From NCBI GenBank assembly GCA_048885535.1, contig JBHLLO010000007.1:13665-77664 (forward strand): DNA of 64,000 bases. The letters run 5' to 3'. Source of the DNA: Candidatus Hermodarchaeota archaeon (GTDB taxonomy: Archaea; Asgardarchaeota; Lokiarchaeia; Sigyniarchaeales; SOKP01). Position numbers and translations under genes: made by a program. This document shows, piece by piece, positions 39,922 through 49,599 of the stretch (its first letter is position 1; each line of letters starts with the position of its first letter). Below the pieces are notes generated by a model. That model saw only the letters and a program-made list of their open reading frames with translations, was not told the DNA's origin and did not search any database.

Positions 39922-40905
39922 TTAAAAATCAGAATTCCCTAAATATTTCTTTAAATTTTCAAAATCCTCTCCTGTTAGAGTTTCCATCACACCTGAAAAA
40001 ACTTCATTAGTTTTATTGTGGGTAACAGCCATCAAGACTGAACCATTACTTACTTCCTTAACGAGGATGTAATTATTCTCACTTTCGTAAATAATAGTTG
40101 TTAATTCTAAAGGAGTAACCGAACTACTCATAAGCTCCATAATTTTCGTAAAAATTTGGTAAATATTAGAATCAAGTGTTCCAATTTCAAATTTCATAAA
40201 TTGAAGAGGTTTTGTTTCAATTTTTCCTAATGTTGATGCAATGAGTAAACCATCAGGCTGATTGAATAATAGATACTCTGATAAAGTATTTATCTTAAGT
40301 TGATCTAATAAATGCCTTATTTTGCCTAGCTTTTGTAAAGCAAGTGTATTTTTCTGGATTTCATAATCTAATATTTCTATTAAACGGTGTTGGGCGCTAC
40401 CTTCTTTTACGGAGACGGGGGTGAATGCCAGCTTTACTTTTATATCGTCTGATATTCCTTTAATTAAATAATTGTAGAGCTGATCTTCTTTTGAATCTTG
40501 TAAATCAATCTTATTTAATAGAACATAAACAGTTTCTATCTGCGGGCTAAATTCAAAAATAAATGTCAGAAATTTCTCAAAAATCTCTTTTACTCGAGAA
40601 TCAATAACAGTAGCCTCCGCCATAAAAATGGCTGTTGAAACCTCGGAAAATATGAGTTCTCGCTGATTTTCGGAAAAATATCTCTCCATATAACGTTCTT
40701 GACCGCCGGCATCCCAGACTTCTCAGAAATCACCGAATTGGCGAGATCAGTTGAGTTCCATGATGCCGCGGAAGATAAAATTCTCTCTTGAAATGCCCTT
40801 GGTAGGTTTGAGATTCAAAACTTTCATAAAGTTATATCCTAAGCATGTCGTCCTCATTAAGCTTGTCTTTCCGGCATTTTGTGGACCAAATAATAAAATC
40901 TTCAT
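39922..40905 (-). CDS. RagA/Gtr1-like small GTPase with C-terminal roadblock domain; split gene join(40905..40750, 40719..39922), 317 aa after splicing
   Basis: Exon 1 (52 codons, missed by the ORF track) reads MKILLFGPQNAGKTSLMR...KPTKGISRENFIFRGIMELN. Exon 2 reads VWDAGGQERYMERYFSENQRELIFSEV...LLNKID...SEYLLFNQPDGLLIAS. G1, G2, G3 and G4 motifs are all in one frame once 30 nt are removed. Confidence 0.9.
40720..40749 (-). other. Predicted 30-nt bulge-helix-bulge (BHB) intron in a protein-coding gene
   Basis: Intron UGAUCUCGCCAAUUCGGUGAUUUCUGAGAA contains two in-frame UGA codons. Central helix CUCA/UGAG; 3-nt bulges AC^U and AA^G. Cutting after the 2nd nt of each bulge joins AAC|GUC and restores ELN-VWDAGGQ. 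Confidence 0.85.
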
Positions 40906-41120
40906 TTTTCAACATTATTTAAAATTGACTATATAATATATTTCTTATAAGATTGTCTTTATATAATTTTTTCTAATTTATCTACAACTAATAGCATTTA
41001 GTAAGAAGACTAAATCTGTACGATTCAATTAAATATCATTTTTAATTACTTTTATTAGTATAAACACTTAAAATTCTATAACAAGATATATTTTAAAATG
41101 AAAATTAAAGGTTTTTACTA

Positions 41121-41648
41121 ATGGATTTAGAGCAGTATATCAGAAACGTTCCAGATTGGCCTAAACCTGGGATTCAATTTAAAGATGTCACAACATTGTG
41201 CAAGGCTACTGCCCCTTTTAAGGAATCTTGTGATCAAATAATTAATTATTATAAAGATAAAAGAATAGATAAAGTAGCAGCAATAGAAGCTAGAGGTTAT
41301 GTATGGGGGGGCGTAATAGCCTATCAATTAGATGCAGGTTTTGTTTTAATAAGAAAACCGGGAAAACTGCCATATAAAACAATTAGCGAGACTTATGAGC
41401 TTGAATATGGTACTGACACTATAGAAATGCATATTGATGCCATTGAAAAAGGGGAAAGAGTTTTGCTATTTGATGATTTACTAGCAACTGGAGGTACAGC
41501 AAAAGCTGCTTGTAGTTTGATTGAAAAATCTGGTGGGACAGTTATTGGAATTGCATTTATAATTGAACTTATTGGAAGTTTACATGGAAGGGATCTTATA
41601 CAAGAGTATGATATTTTATCATTATTAAAAATACCAGTAGAAGAATAG
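41121..41648 (+). CDS. apt: Adenine phosphoribosyltransferase
   Basis: PDWPKPGIQFKD, IEARG, RKPGKLP, YELEYGTD, DDLLATGGT. Confidence 0.96.
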   Translation: MDLEQYIRNVPDWPKPGIQFKDVTTLCKATAPFKESCDQIINYYKDKRIDKVAAIEARGYVWGGVIAYQLDAGFVLIRKPGKLPYKTISETYELEYGTDTIEMHIDAIEKGERVLLFDDLLATGGTAKAACSLIEKSGGTVIGIAFIIELIGSLHGRDLIQEYDILSLLKIPVEE

Positions 41649-41808
41649 TATTCTCATAATTAAATTCTAATCTTCCTATTTTTTTGAAAATTAAGCACAT
41701 ATTTTTCCTGAGATTGTTAAATAATTAATTTAAGGCTGAAAATTTAAATAATTCTTACTACTTTATACTCACAATATTAAATTTAATACACAAAAAGGTG
41801 TAGATCTG

Positions 41809-42906
41809 ATGAAAAATAAGACCGAAAACATAAAAAAAACACCACTTTATGATACACACGTCAAACTAGGTGCAAGAATGGTTGAATTTGCAGGTTTTTA
41901 TATGCCAGTGCAGTTTGAGAGCATTATAAAAGAGCACCAAACAGTACGTTCAAATGCGGGAGTTTTTGATATTTCACATATGGGGGAATTTTTACTGGAA
42001 GGAAAGGATGTAGTACAATTTCTCCAATACATAATGATTAATGATTTAAAATTACTGGAGCCGTCTAAAGGGCAATATTCGATAATGTGTTATGATAATG
42101 GGACCGTTGTTGATGACTTAGTTTACTATGAGGAGACTCCCGAAAAGTTTAGAATGATCGTAAATGCTGGGAATATAGATAAAGATTTGAAATGGTTAAA
42201 CAGTCACATTGAAAATCGAGACGTACAAATTACAAACTTATCTGATAAGCGCTGTAGATTAGCGTTCCAAGGAATAAAGTCGGATGAATTACTCCAACCA
42301 TTACTTGATACTGACTTATCAAAGATCAATAGATTTTATTTTGTTAATTGTAATTTAAGCGATGTACCTATTTTTCTGGCTCGCACTGGATATACAGGAG
42401 AAAAAGGAGTTGAGATATCACTTGAGAACAACCATGCTGAAAAGGCATGGAACGCTTTACTTGACACAGGAGCAAGCGCCATTGGATTAGGAGCCAGAGA
42501 TTCCCTTAGACTAGAGGCATGTTATTCTCTTTATGGTCACGAGATTAGCGATTCAATCACCCCTATAGAGGCAGGTCTTAATTGGCTTGCAAAGCCTAAA
42601 CCAGGGATAAATTACATTGGTAAAGAAATTATAGAGAAACAAAAATCTAAGGGAACCGATAGGATTTTAGTAGGTTTAAACTTGATAGATAGGGGAATAA
42701 TACGAGAAAATTATCGTATTTTCAAGGATGGACAAGAAATCGGTTATGTAACCTCAGGGGGTTTTTCACCAACTCTCGATAAGACAATTGGATTAGGTTT
42801 AGTGAAAACCCAATTCAGCAAAGTAGGTACTGAAATAGAAATCGAAATTCGTGACAAATTATTAAAAGGACATATTGTATCTATACCATTTTTTCGAAAT
42901 GTATAA
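41809..42906 (+). CDS. gcvT: Glycine cleavage system T protein (aminomethyltransferase)
   Basis: TPLY..H, FDISHMG, RTGYTGE.G.E, GLGARDSLRLEA. Confidence 0.96.
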   Translation: MKNKTENIKKTPLYDTHVKLGARMVEFAGFYMPVQFESIIKEHQTVRSNAGVFDISHMGEFLLEGKDVVQFLQYIMINDLKLLEPSKGQYSIMCYDNGTVVDDLVYYEETPEKFRMIVNAGNIDKDLKWLNSHIENRDVQITNLSDKRCRLAFQGIKSDELLQPLLDTDLSKINRFYFVNCNLSDVPIFLARTGYTGEKGVEISLENNHAEKAWNALLDTGASAIGLGARDSLRLEACYSLYGHEISDSITPIEAGLNWLAKPKPGINYIGKEIIEKQKSKGTDRILVGLNLIDRGIIRENYRIFKDGQEIGYVTSGGFSPTLDKTIGLGLVKTQFSKVGTEIEIEIRDKLLKGHIVSIPFFRNV

Positions 42907-42926
42907 TAAGAAGGATGTGTAAATGA

Positions 42927-43322
42927 ATGGAATATAAATTCCTTGATAATCTAAAGTACACCAAAACTCACGAATGGGTTAAAATAGAAGATAATGTGGC
43001 TATAGCTGGGATAACGGATTATGCTCAACACCAATTAGGGGACGTTGTTTTTATTGAGTTACCTGATAAGGGCACTAAAATTGAAAAGGATGGTGCAGTT
43101 GGAGAAATCGAATCTGTCAAAGCTGTAGGAGAAATCTTTATGCCTTTATCTGGTGAAATATTAGAAACAAATCAAAATCTTATTGATAATCCAGAACTCC
43201 TCAATACTTCACCTTATAACGATGGGTGGATTATAAGAATAAAAATATCTAACCCTGATGAGATAAAAAATCTATTATCTGTAGATGATTATAAAGATTT
43301 AGTTAAAAGTGAAGAGAAATAA
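42927..43322 (+). CDS. gcvH: Glycine cleavage system H protein
   Basis: THEWV, GITDYAQ.QLGD, IESVKA lipoyl-lysine motif. Confidence 0.97.
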   Translation: MEYKFLDNLKYTKTHEWVKIEDNVAIAGITDYAQHQLGDVVFIELPDKGTKIEKDGAVGEIESVKAVGEIFMPLSGEILETNQNLIDNPELLNTSPYNDGWIIRIKISNPDEIKNLLSVDDYKDLVKSEEK

Positions 43323-43377
43323 CTTTTTTTTTACCTATTAATTCATTTTTTTATTAAATTGTATGAGTTGTTAAATA

Positions 43378-44718
43378 GTGGATTATATACCACATGATGA
43401 AAAAACAATTGAAAGAATGCTCAAAATTATTGGCTTAAATAATTTAGATGATTTATTTCAAGATATCCCAAACGATTTAAAGATTAATAAATTGAATTTA
43501 CCTTCAGGGTTATCTGAACCAGATTTACTAAAGTATTTGAAAAAATTATCCTCACAAAATAAAGTATATTCAAACTGTTTTTTAGGAGCGGGATGTTATT
43601 ATCATTATATTCCGTCTGTAGTCGATTTTATAATTCAACGTTCAGAATTCTATACCTCCTATACACCTTATCAAGCAGAATCAAGTCAAGGATTCTTACA
43701 GGCTATTTATGAGTATCAAACTATAATTTCCCGAATAACTCAGATGGATATTGCGAATGCAAGTATGTATGATGGTTCAACTGCATTAGCAGAAGCTGCA
43801 ATAATGACTACAACTATTAGTGGTAAAGATTTGATATTATTACTAGAAGGGATTCATCCGGAATATATAGAAGTAGTGAAAACATATTGTTGGGGACAAG
43901 GAATTAAGTACAAAATTATTAAATTTGAAGATTTAAAAGATGAGATTACAGAAGATGTAGCAGGATTGTTATTTCAAAGTCCTAATTTTTTTGGTGAAAT
44001 TGAGAATATTGAGAATTTAGTTGAAATTGTTCGTCAAAAATCAGGAAAGTGTTTAATTGTTCAAGTAATGACTGATCCAACTTGTTTGGGTATATTAAAA
44101 TCTCCTGGAGAATTAGATATTGATATATTCGTGGCTGAAGGTCAGAGTTTTGGAATTCCTCCTTCTTTTGGAGGTCCAGGCTTAGGAATTTTTACAACTA
44201 AAGAAAAATTTATAAGAAAAGTGCCTGGTCGATTAGTTGGAAAAACAAAAGAAATTCATGGAGAAAAAACTGGATTTATATTGACCCTTCAAGCTCGCGA
44301 GCAACATATACGAAGAGAGAAAGCAAGTTCAAATATCTGTACTAATCAAGCTCTATGTTCATTAGCTGCTTTAATATATCTTTTAGCGCTAGGTAAAACT
44401 GGATTAAGAGAGATTGCTACTCAAAATTTTCAAAAGGCTCATTTTCTTAAAAATGAATTAAAAAAAATTTCAGGTTATGAAATTTTAAACAAGAAACCAA
44501 CGTACAATGAATTTCTGTTAAAATGTCCCGACATTGAACGATTAATTAGTGAATGTAAGAAGAAAGAATTACTTCCTCCTTTAAATTTATCAAAATATTA
44601 TCCAAAATTAAAAAATACTGCTTTAGTGTGTGTTACAGAGGCAACTTCTCGAGAAGCAATAGAAAAGTTCATAGATGTAGCAAAATTAATTATCGAAAGT
44701 AAAGAGGAGGAAATCTAA
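43378..44718 (+). CDS. gcvPA: Glycine dehydrogenase (decarboxylating) subunit 1
   Basis: FLGAG.Y, YTPYQAE.SQG, NASMYDG, REQHIRREKASSNICTN. Confidence 0.96.
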   Translation: MDYIPHDEKTIERMLKIIGLNNLDDLFQDIPNDLKINKLNLPSGLSEPDLLKYLKKLSSQNKVYSNCFLGAGCYYHYIPSVVDFIIQRSEFYTSYTPYQAESSQGFLQAIYEYQTIISRITQMDIANASMYDGSTALAEAAIMTTTISGKDLILLLEGIHPEYIEVVKTYCWGQGIKYKIIKFEDLKDEITEDVAGLLFQSPNFFGEIENIENLVEIVRQKSGKCLIVQVMTDPTCLGILKSPGELDIDIFVAEGQSFGIPPSFGGPGLGIFTTKEKFIRKVPGRLVGKTKEIHGEKTGFILTLQAREQHIRREKASSNICTNQALCSLAALIYLLALGKTGLREIATQNFQKAHFLKNELKKISGYEILNKKPTYNEFLLKCPDIERLISECKKKELLPPLNLSKYYPKLKNTALVCVTEATSREAIEKFIDVAKLIIESKEEEI

Positions 44719-44719
44719 A

Positions 44720-46156
44720 ATGAAAACCAATAATCGTTTAATTTTTGAGAAAAATATTGAAAATCCGAATAAGAATTTCATTCCTGAAATGGATATCGAA
44801 AGTAATAATATGGACAAAATTATCCCTCCTAACTATGAACGTACAGAATTAAATATACCAGATGTCCCAGAAATTGAGATAATTAGACACTACATTAACT
44901 TAAGTCTTAAGAATTATGGAGTAGATAATGGAATTTATCCATTAGGCTCTTGTACAATGAAATATAACCCTAAAGTCAATGAATTAGTAGCACGATTACC
45001 TGGTTTTTCTCAAATACATCCTCTCCAAGAAGAAAACCAAGGTTCATTAAGACTTTTAAATCACCTCTCAAATTTGTTAGGTGAAATAACTGGTATGGAT
45101 GGATTTACTTTACAGCCTGCCGCTGGAGCCCATGGTGAATTAGCAGGTTTGTTGATCATTAAAAAGTATTTTGAAAGTAAAAATATTAAGAAAACTAAAA
45201 TAATTGTGCCCGATTCTGCTCATGGCACTAATCCTGCCTCAGCAAAAATGGCAGGGTTTTCAATTATAGAATTAGAATCTAATAGGAATGGAGAAATCCC
45301 ATTAGAACAACTTGAATTTGCTATGAGACAAGACGATGTAGCAGGGATTATGTTAACAAATCCAAATACATTAGGTGTCTTTGATCGCCAAATTAAAGAA
45401 ATAACAAAAATTGTGCATGAAAATGGAGGTCTTTGTTATTATGATGGCGCAAATTTAAATCCAATGTTGGGAATTTGTAGACCTAAAGATATGGGATTTG
45501 ACATAGTTCACCTAAATTTACATAAAACCTTTTCAACTCCACATGGAGGTGGTGGACCAGGATCAGGTCCAGTTGGAGTAGTTGATAGCCTAATTAAATT
45601 TTTGCCTAAGCCATGCCTAGTTAAAACTAATGAAGGTGTCATTTGCCAAATAGACAACGAAGACTCGATCGGAAGAATAAAAGCTTTTTGGGGTAATTTT
45701 GGGGTAATTGTTAAAGCCTATAGCTACATATTATCATTAGGAAGAGAAGGGCTTAAACGGGTAGGTCAAATTTCTGTTCTTAATGCCAACTATTTACGCG
45801 TTTTATTACAAGAAAAGTATAAACTTCCTTATAATCGTATTTGTCAGCATGAATTTGTGTTATCAGATCAAGGGATACCAAATGATATAACAACCGAAGA
45901 TGTTGCTAAGAGAATTCTAGATTTTGGGATTTATGCTCCGACTATTTATTTTCCCTTAATAGTTAACGGAGCGATAATGATTGAACCTACAGAAACAGAA
46001 TCAAAAAATTCTCTTGATAATTTCATTAGTGTTATGTATGAGATATATGAAGAAGCATTCAAAAATCCTGATATTATAAAAAAAGCTCCTCATAATACTC
46101 CTGTTGGACGTTTAGATGCAGTGCTAGCTGCTCGCAAACCCAAATTGCATGATTGA
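44720..46156 (+). CDS. gcvPB: Glycine dehydrogenase (decarboxylating) subunit 2
   Basis: YPLGSCTMKYNP, SAHGTNPAS, HLNLHKTF.TPHGGGGPG (PLP lysine), IEPTETE. Confidence 0.96.
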   Translation: MKTNNRLIFEKNIENPNKNFIPEMDIESNNMDKIIPPNYERTELNIPDVPEIEIIRHYINLSLKNYGVDNGIYPLGSCTMKYNPKVNELVARLPGFSQIHPLQEENQGSLRLLNHLSNLLGEITGMDGFTLQPAAGAHGELAGLLIIKKYFESKNIKKTKIIVPDSAHGTNPASAKMAGFSIIELESNRNGEIPLEQLEFAMRQDDVAGIMLTNPNTLGVFDRQIKEITKIVHENGGLCYYDGANLNPMLGICRPKDMGFDIVHLNLHKTFSTPHGGGGPGSGPVGVVDSLIKFLPKPCLVKTNEGVICQIDNEDSIGRIKAFWGNFGVIVKAYSYILSLGREGLKRVGQISVLNANYLRVLLQEKYKLPYNRICQHEFVLSDQGIPNDITTEDVAKRILDFGIYAPTIYFPLIVNGAIMIEPTETESKNSLDNFISVMYEIYEEAFKNPDIIKKAPHNTPVGRLDAVLAARKPKLHD

Positions 46157-46192
46157 GTCATTTTGGGATAAAAGGATTTTCTTAAAAATAAG

Positions 46193-47191
46193 TTATATTC
46201 TTTCTAATTCTGGTGGAGTATAACCGTAAGTATTGAAGAATCTTCTCCTAATTTGTTCAATTTCAAAGTTTTGAGTTTGAGCTCCACTTGTTTCAATAAC
46301 AAATGAACCCATTATAGAGCCTAATCTACAGGAATCCAAAATAGTCATATTTAAAATCAAACCGCTTAATACTCCTGCTCTATAACCGTCTCCCGCTCCT
46401 GTAGTATCCTCTATTTTTACAGGAGTTGCTATTGGGATACTTATCTTAAAAATCTTATTTTTATCATCTTTATATATCAACTCTGAACCTTTTGAACTCT
46501 TAGTTATAATAATTGCTTTAACAAGTTTAATTATCTCATCTTCAGTCAATTCTGTTTTCTTTTTTATTTGTTCTATTTCATAAATATTTCCAATGATAAT
46601 TTCTGATTTTTTTATAATGTTAATTAAAAGTTCTCTTGGAAAAAGTGGTGTTACTTGACCGGGATCAAAAATTGTAGGAATTTTCAACGTAAATAGTTGA
46701 TCTGCAAAATTACTCATAGCTTCAACACTCTGCGTGGAATTGATAGCATAAGCGAATTCCTCAGGATTTTGAATTTTTTCATTTAACTTAATATCTTTAC
46801 ACTTTTCTAAAGCACCACCATGAAAAACAATCATCTGATTAGATTTAATATCATTTACGATATAACAAGCAGCAGTATATAAATCATCATATTCATCAAT
46901 GGAGAGTTCAATATTTTTAAACTGTTTAACATGATCCTTATAACCTAAACTATCAAAATCCTTTCCTACAGATCCTACTAAGACAACCTTTGCGATATTT
47001 AATAAGCCTAAATTATAAGCTATATTTCCTGCAGTCCCACCAAAATGTAAATTACGGCTATCAGCAGTTATAGTGCTTTGATATTCTTCCTTTTCATGAT
47101 CAATTGATACCGCGTTAACAAAATTTTCTTTAAAGCTCATAATGTAATCAAAAGCCAATGATCCAAGAACTAGAACTTTTGTTTTAGCCAT
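46193..47191 (-). CDS. PfkB-family carbohydrate/nucleoside kinase (adenosine kinase-like)
   Basis: GSLAFD, FGGTAGNIAY, FDPGQ, DTTGAGDGYRAG. Confidence 0.88.
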   Translation of the reverse strand: MAKTKVLVLGSLAFDYIMSFKENFVNAVSIDHEKEEYQSTITADSRNLHFGGTAGNIAYNLGLLNIAKVVLVGSVGKDFDSLGYKDHVKQFKNIELSIDEYDDLYTAACYIVNDIKSNQMIVFHGGALEKCKDIKLNEKIQNPEEFAYAINSTQSVEAMSNFADQLFTLKIPTIFDPGQVTPLFPRELLINIIKKSEIIIGNIYEIEQIKKKTELTEDEIIKLVKAIIITKSSKGSELIYKDDKNKIFKISIPIATPVKIEDTTGAGDGYRAGVLSGLILNMTILDSCRLGSIMGSFVIETSGAQTQNFEIEQIRRRFFNTYGYTPPELERI

Positions 47192-47403
47192 AAAACTTCA
47201 AAAATATGTATCTCAATATATTATATTAAATATTTTCTACTTTTAAATCTTATTTTAAGATGGTTCTAAGGGTAATGAAATAATAGTAATTCTTTTATGT
47301 ATCCTATTTATAGTTCGCTTTATTTTTATGAATAAATTATATTAGAACTAGAGTTTTTAACTATATAATATTATGAATTAAAATCTCAAAATGATGAAGG
47401 ATA

Positions 47404-48153
47404 ATGGTTAAAATAGGAATTATTGGAGGCTCAGGATTAGATAACCCAGATATTTTAAAAGATGCTATGGATTTGGAAGTTAACACTGCTTACGGAAAGC
47501 CAAGTTCGCCTTTAAAGTTAGGAAAAATTCATGATGTCGAAGTAGTACTTATAGCAAGACATGGAAGAGAACATACAATTCCTCCAACGCAAGTAAATTA
47601 TAGAGCAAATATACAAGCACTGAAAGATCAAGGTTGTACTCACATCCTTGCTACAACTGCTTGCGGAAGCTTGAGAGAAAAAATCGGAAGAGGAGATTTT
47701 GTAATTATTGACCAATTTATTGATTTCACACGCCTTCGGAAAGTCAGTTTTTTTGAAGAATTTCCTCCACACGAACCAAAGCATGCTACTATGGCTTATC
47801 CATATTCAGAAAAATTAAGAAAGATCTTAATTGATACTGCTGAAGAACTACATCTAAAATACCATGAGAAAGGTACAGTAGTCACTATCGAAGGACCGAG
47901 ATTTTCAACAAGGGCTGAGTCAGAGATGTTCAGAATATGGGGTGCTGATATTATAAATATGAGTATTGCTCCTGAAACAATTTTAGCAAATGAAGCAGGT
48001 ATCCCTTATGCTGCAATAGCAATGTCAACTGATTATGATTGTTGGAAAGATGATGAAGTTCCCGTTACTTGGGAAGAAATACTTGAGATTTTTGGTAAAA
48101 ATGTAAATAATGTTATTTCTTTATTGACTAATGCTATTAAAAAAATTAAATAA
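47404..48153 (+). CDS. mtnP: S-methyl-5'-thioadenosine phosphorylase
   Basis: IGIIGGSG, RHG..H.IPP, TACGSL, IEGPRFST.AES, TDYDCW. Confidence 0.93.
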   Translation: MVKIGIIGGSGLDNPDILKDAMDLEVNTAYGKPSSPLKLGKIHDVEVVLIARHGREHTIPPTQVNYRANIQALKDQGCTHILATTACGSLREKIGRGDFVIIDQFIDFTRLRKVSFFEEFPPHEPKHATMAYPYSEKLRKILIDTAEELHLKYHEKGTVVTIEGPRFSTRAESEMFRIWGADIINMSIAPETILANEAGIPYAAIAMSTDYDCWKDDEVPVTWEEILEIFGKNVNNVISLLTNAIKKIK

Positions 48154-48287
48154 TCTAGTCACATAATCTTTCTTTTATTTTTTAAAAATAAATCTTGAAT
48201 ATAAAGAAAAAATTGATAACTCTTGAATGTTTTAAATTAGTGAAAATACCCTTGATTTATATAATAACTTAATAATTGACAAGATAA

Positions 48288-49589
48288 ATGGTTAAGATTT
48301 CATTTCTAGGAGGATGCAGGGAAGTAGGCCGTTCCGCAATTGCAATTGAATCTAATAATGGTGAGCAATGCGTATTAGATTATGGTGTAAGATTTAAAGA
48401 AGATGATCGCTTGCCCTATGATTCAAATTTTGCAAATCTTAAAGCTATTGCATTAAGTCATTGCCATATCGATCATTCAGGAGGTTTGCCTTACCTCATC
48501 AAGAAATATAATGTGCCTTTCTTTACTAATCCAATTACTTTGAGAATTTCCGAAATTCTTTTAAGGGATATGATAAAAATCTCAAAATACCCATACCCTT
48601 TTGGATACCGAGAAGTAGAAAAATTAAGACAAAATGCCCAATTCTTGGAAAATGGAGTCAGAAAAAAGATAAACGAAGATTTTTATATAACTTTTTACAA
48701 CGCTGGACATATTCCTGGTAGCGTTTCAATTTTAATTGAAGTTGACAAAAAGAAAATTCTGTATACAGGAGATATAAATTTGATTAATACAAATTTAGTT
48801 TATCCTGCCGAAACTTCAATTAAAACAAAAATTGATGTTTTAATAATCGAATCAACCTATGCTTTAAAAGAACATCCTTCAAGAAAGGAACTTGAACAAA
48901 AATTTGTGGAAGAAATATCAAATGTGAATGAAAATGGTGGTAGAGTACTTATTCCCGCCTTCGGTGTCGCTAGATCACAAGAAATTCTACTTATTTTAAA
49001 TAAATATAATTTAGATAGCCATATTTATATGGATGGATTAGCTAGAAAAGTTGGAGTGACTTATTCAAACTTTCCATTAGCATTTAGAGACTTTGGCATT
49101 TATAAGAGATCCTTAAAAAAAGTTCAGTTTGTATCTGAAAACAATCGGAAAAAAATAGGTAAAAAATCTAAATCAATCATAATATCTCCTTCCGGAATGC
49201 TAAAAGGGGGAGCCGCCATTGATTATCTCAAAATGATCATAAATGATCCAAATTCAGCAATATTTCTTGTCGGATATCAAGTCGAAGGAACACCTGGAAG
49301 AAGATTATTAGATGAAAGGATTTATGAATATCCTAATAAAAACATAAACAATGATTTGAATAGAATAATAAAAAGAGCGGATTGTTTAATCGATTACTAT
49401 GATTTCTCGAGTCATGCTGATAGACCGCATCTATTCAAGTATCTATATAATCAAGAATTTAATGATAATTCAAAATTTATCTTTTGTTTACATGGTGATG
49501 ATAAATCAACTACATTGTTTGCAAAAGATTTGGCTAATGAAGGCTTTAATTCGGTTGCTCCTGAAATTGGAGAAGTATATAAAATATAG
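48288..49589 (+). CDS. Beta-CASP metallo-beta-lactamase ribonuclease (aCPSF-like, no KH domains)
   Basis: GG..EVGRS, SHCHIDHSG, AGHIPGS, YTGD, ESTY, PAFGVARSQE, GYQ..GTPG, FSSHAD. Confidence 0.9.
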   Translation: MVKISFLGGCREVGRSAIAIESNNGEQCVLDYGVRFKEDDRLPYDSNFANLKAIALSHCHIDHSGGLPYLIKKYNVPFFTNPITLRISEILLRDMIKISKYPYPFGYREVEKLRQNAQFLENGVRKKINEDFYITFYNAGHIPGSVSILIEVDKKKILYTGDINLINTNLVYPAETSIKTKIDVLIIESTYALKEHPSRKELEQKFVEEISNVNENGGRVLIPAFGVARSQEILLILNKYNLDSHIYMDGLARKVGVTYSNFPLAFRDFGIYKRSLKKVQFVSENNRKKIGKKSKSIIISPSGMLKGGAAIDYLKMIINDPNSAIFLVGYQVEGTPGRRLLDERIYEYPNKNINNDLNRIIKRADCLIDYYDFSSHADRPHLFKYLYNQEFNDNSKFIFCLHGDDKSTTLFAKDLANEGFNSVAPEIGEVYKI

Positions 49590-49599
49590 ACAATAATAA

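Noticed and set aside
40720-40749. Selenocysteine or readthrough decoding of the two in-frame UGA codons
   Set aside because: This would insert 10 residues into the strand just before G3, at positions where no Cys is expected. No SECIS was recognised, and the exact BHB geometry explains the insert better.
39922-40905. Rag-like gene as a pseudogene
   Set aside because: Both halves keep intact G motifs with no other lesion, and the insert is not a duplication of flanking sequence. This is not fully excluded without RNA data.
40751-40936. 61-aa plus-strand ORF
   Set aside because: Antisense shadow of GTPase exon 1.
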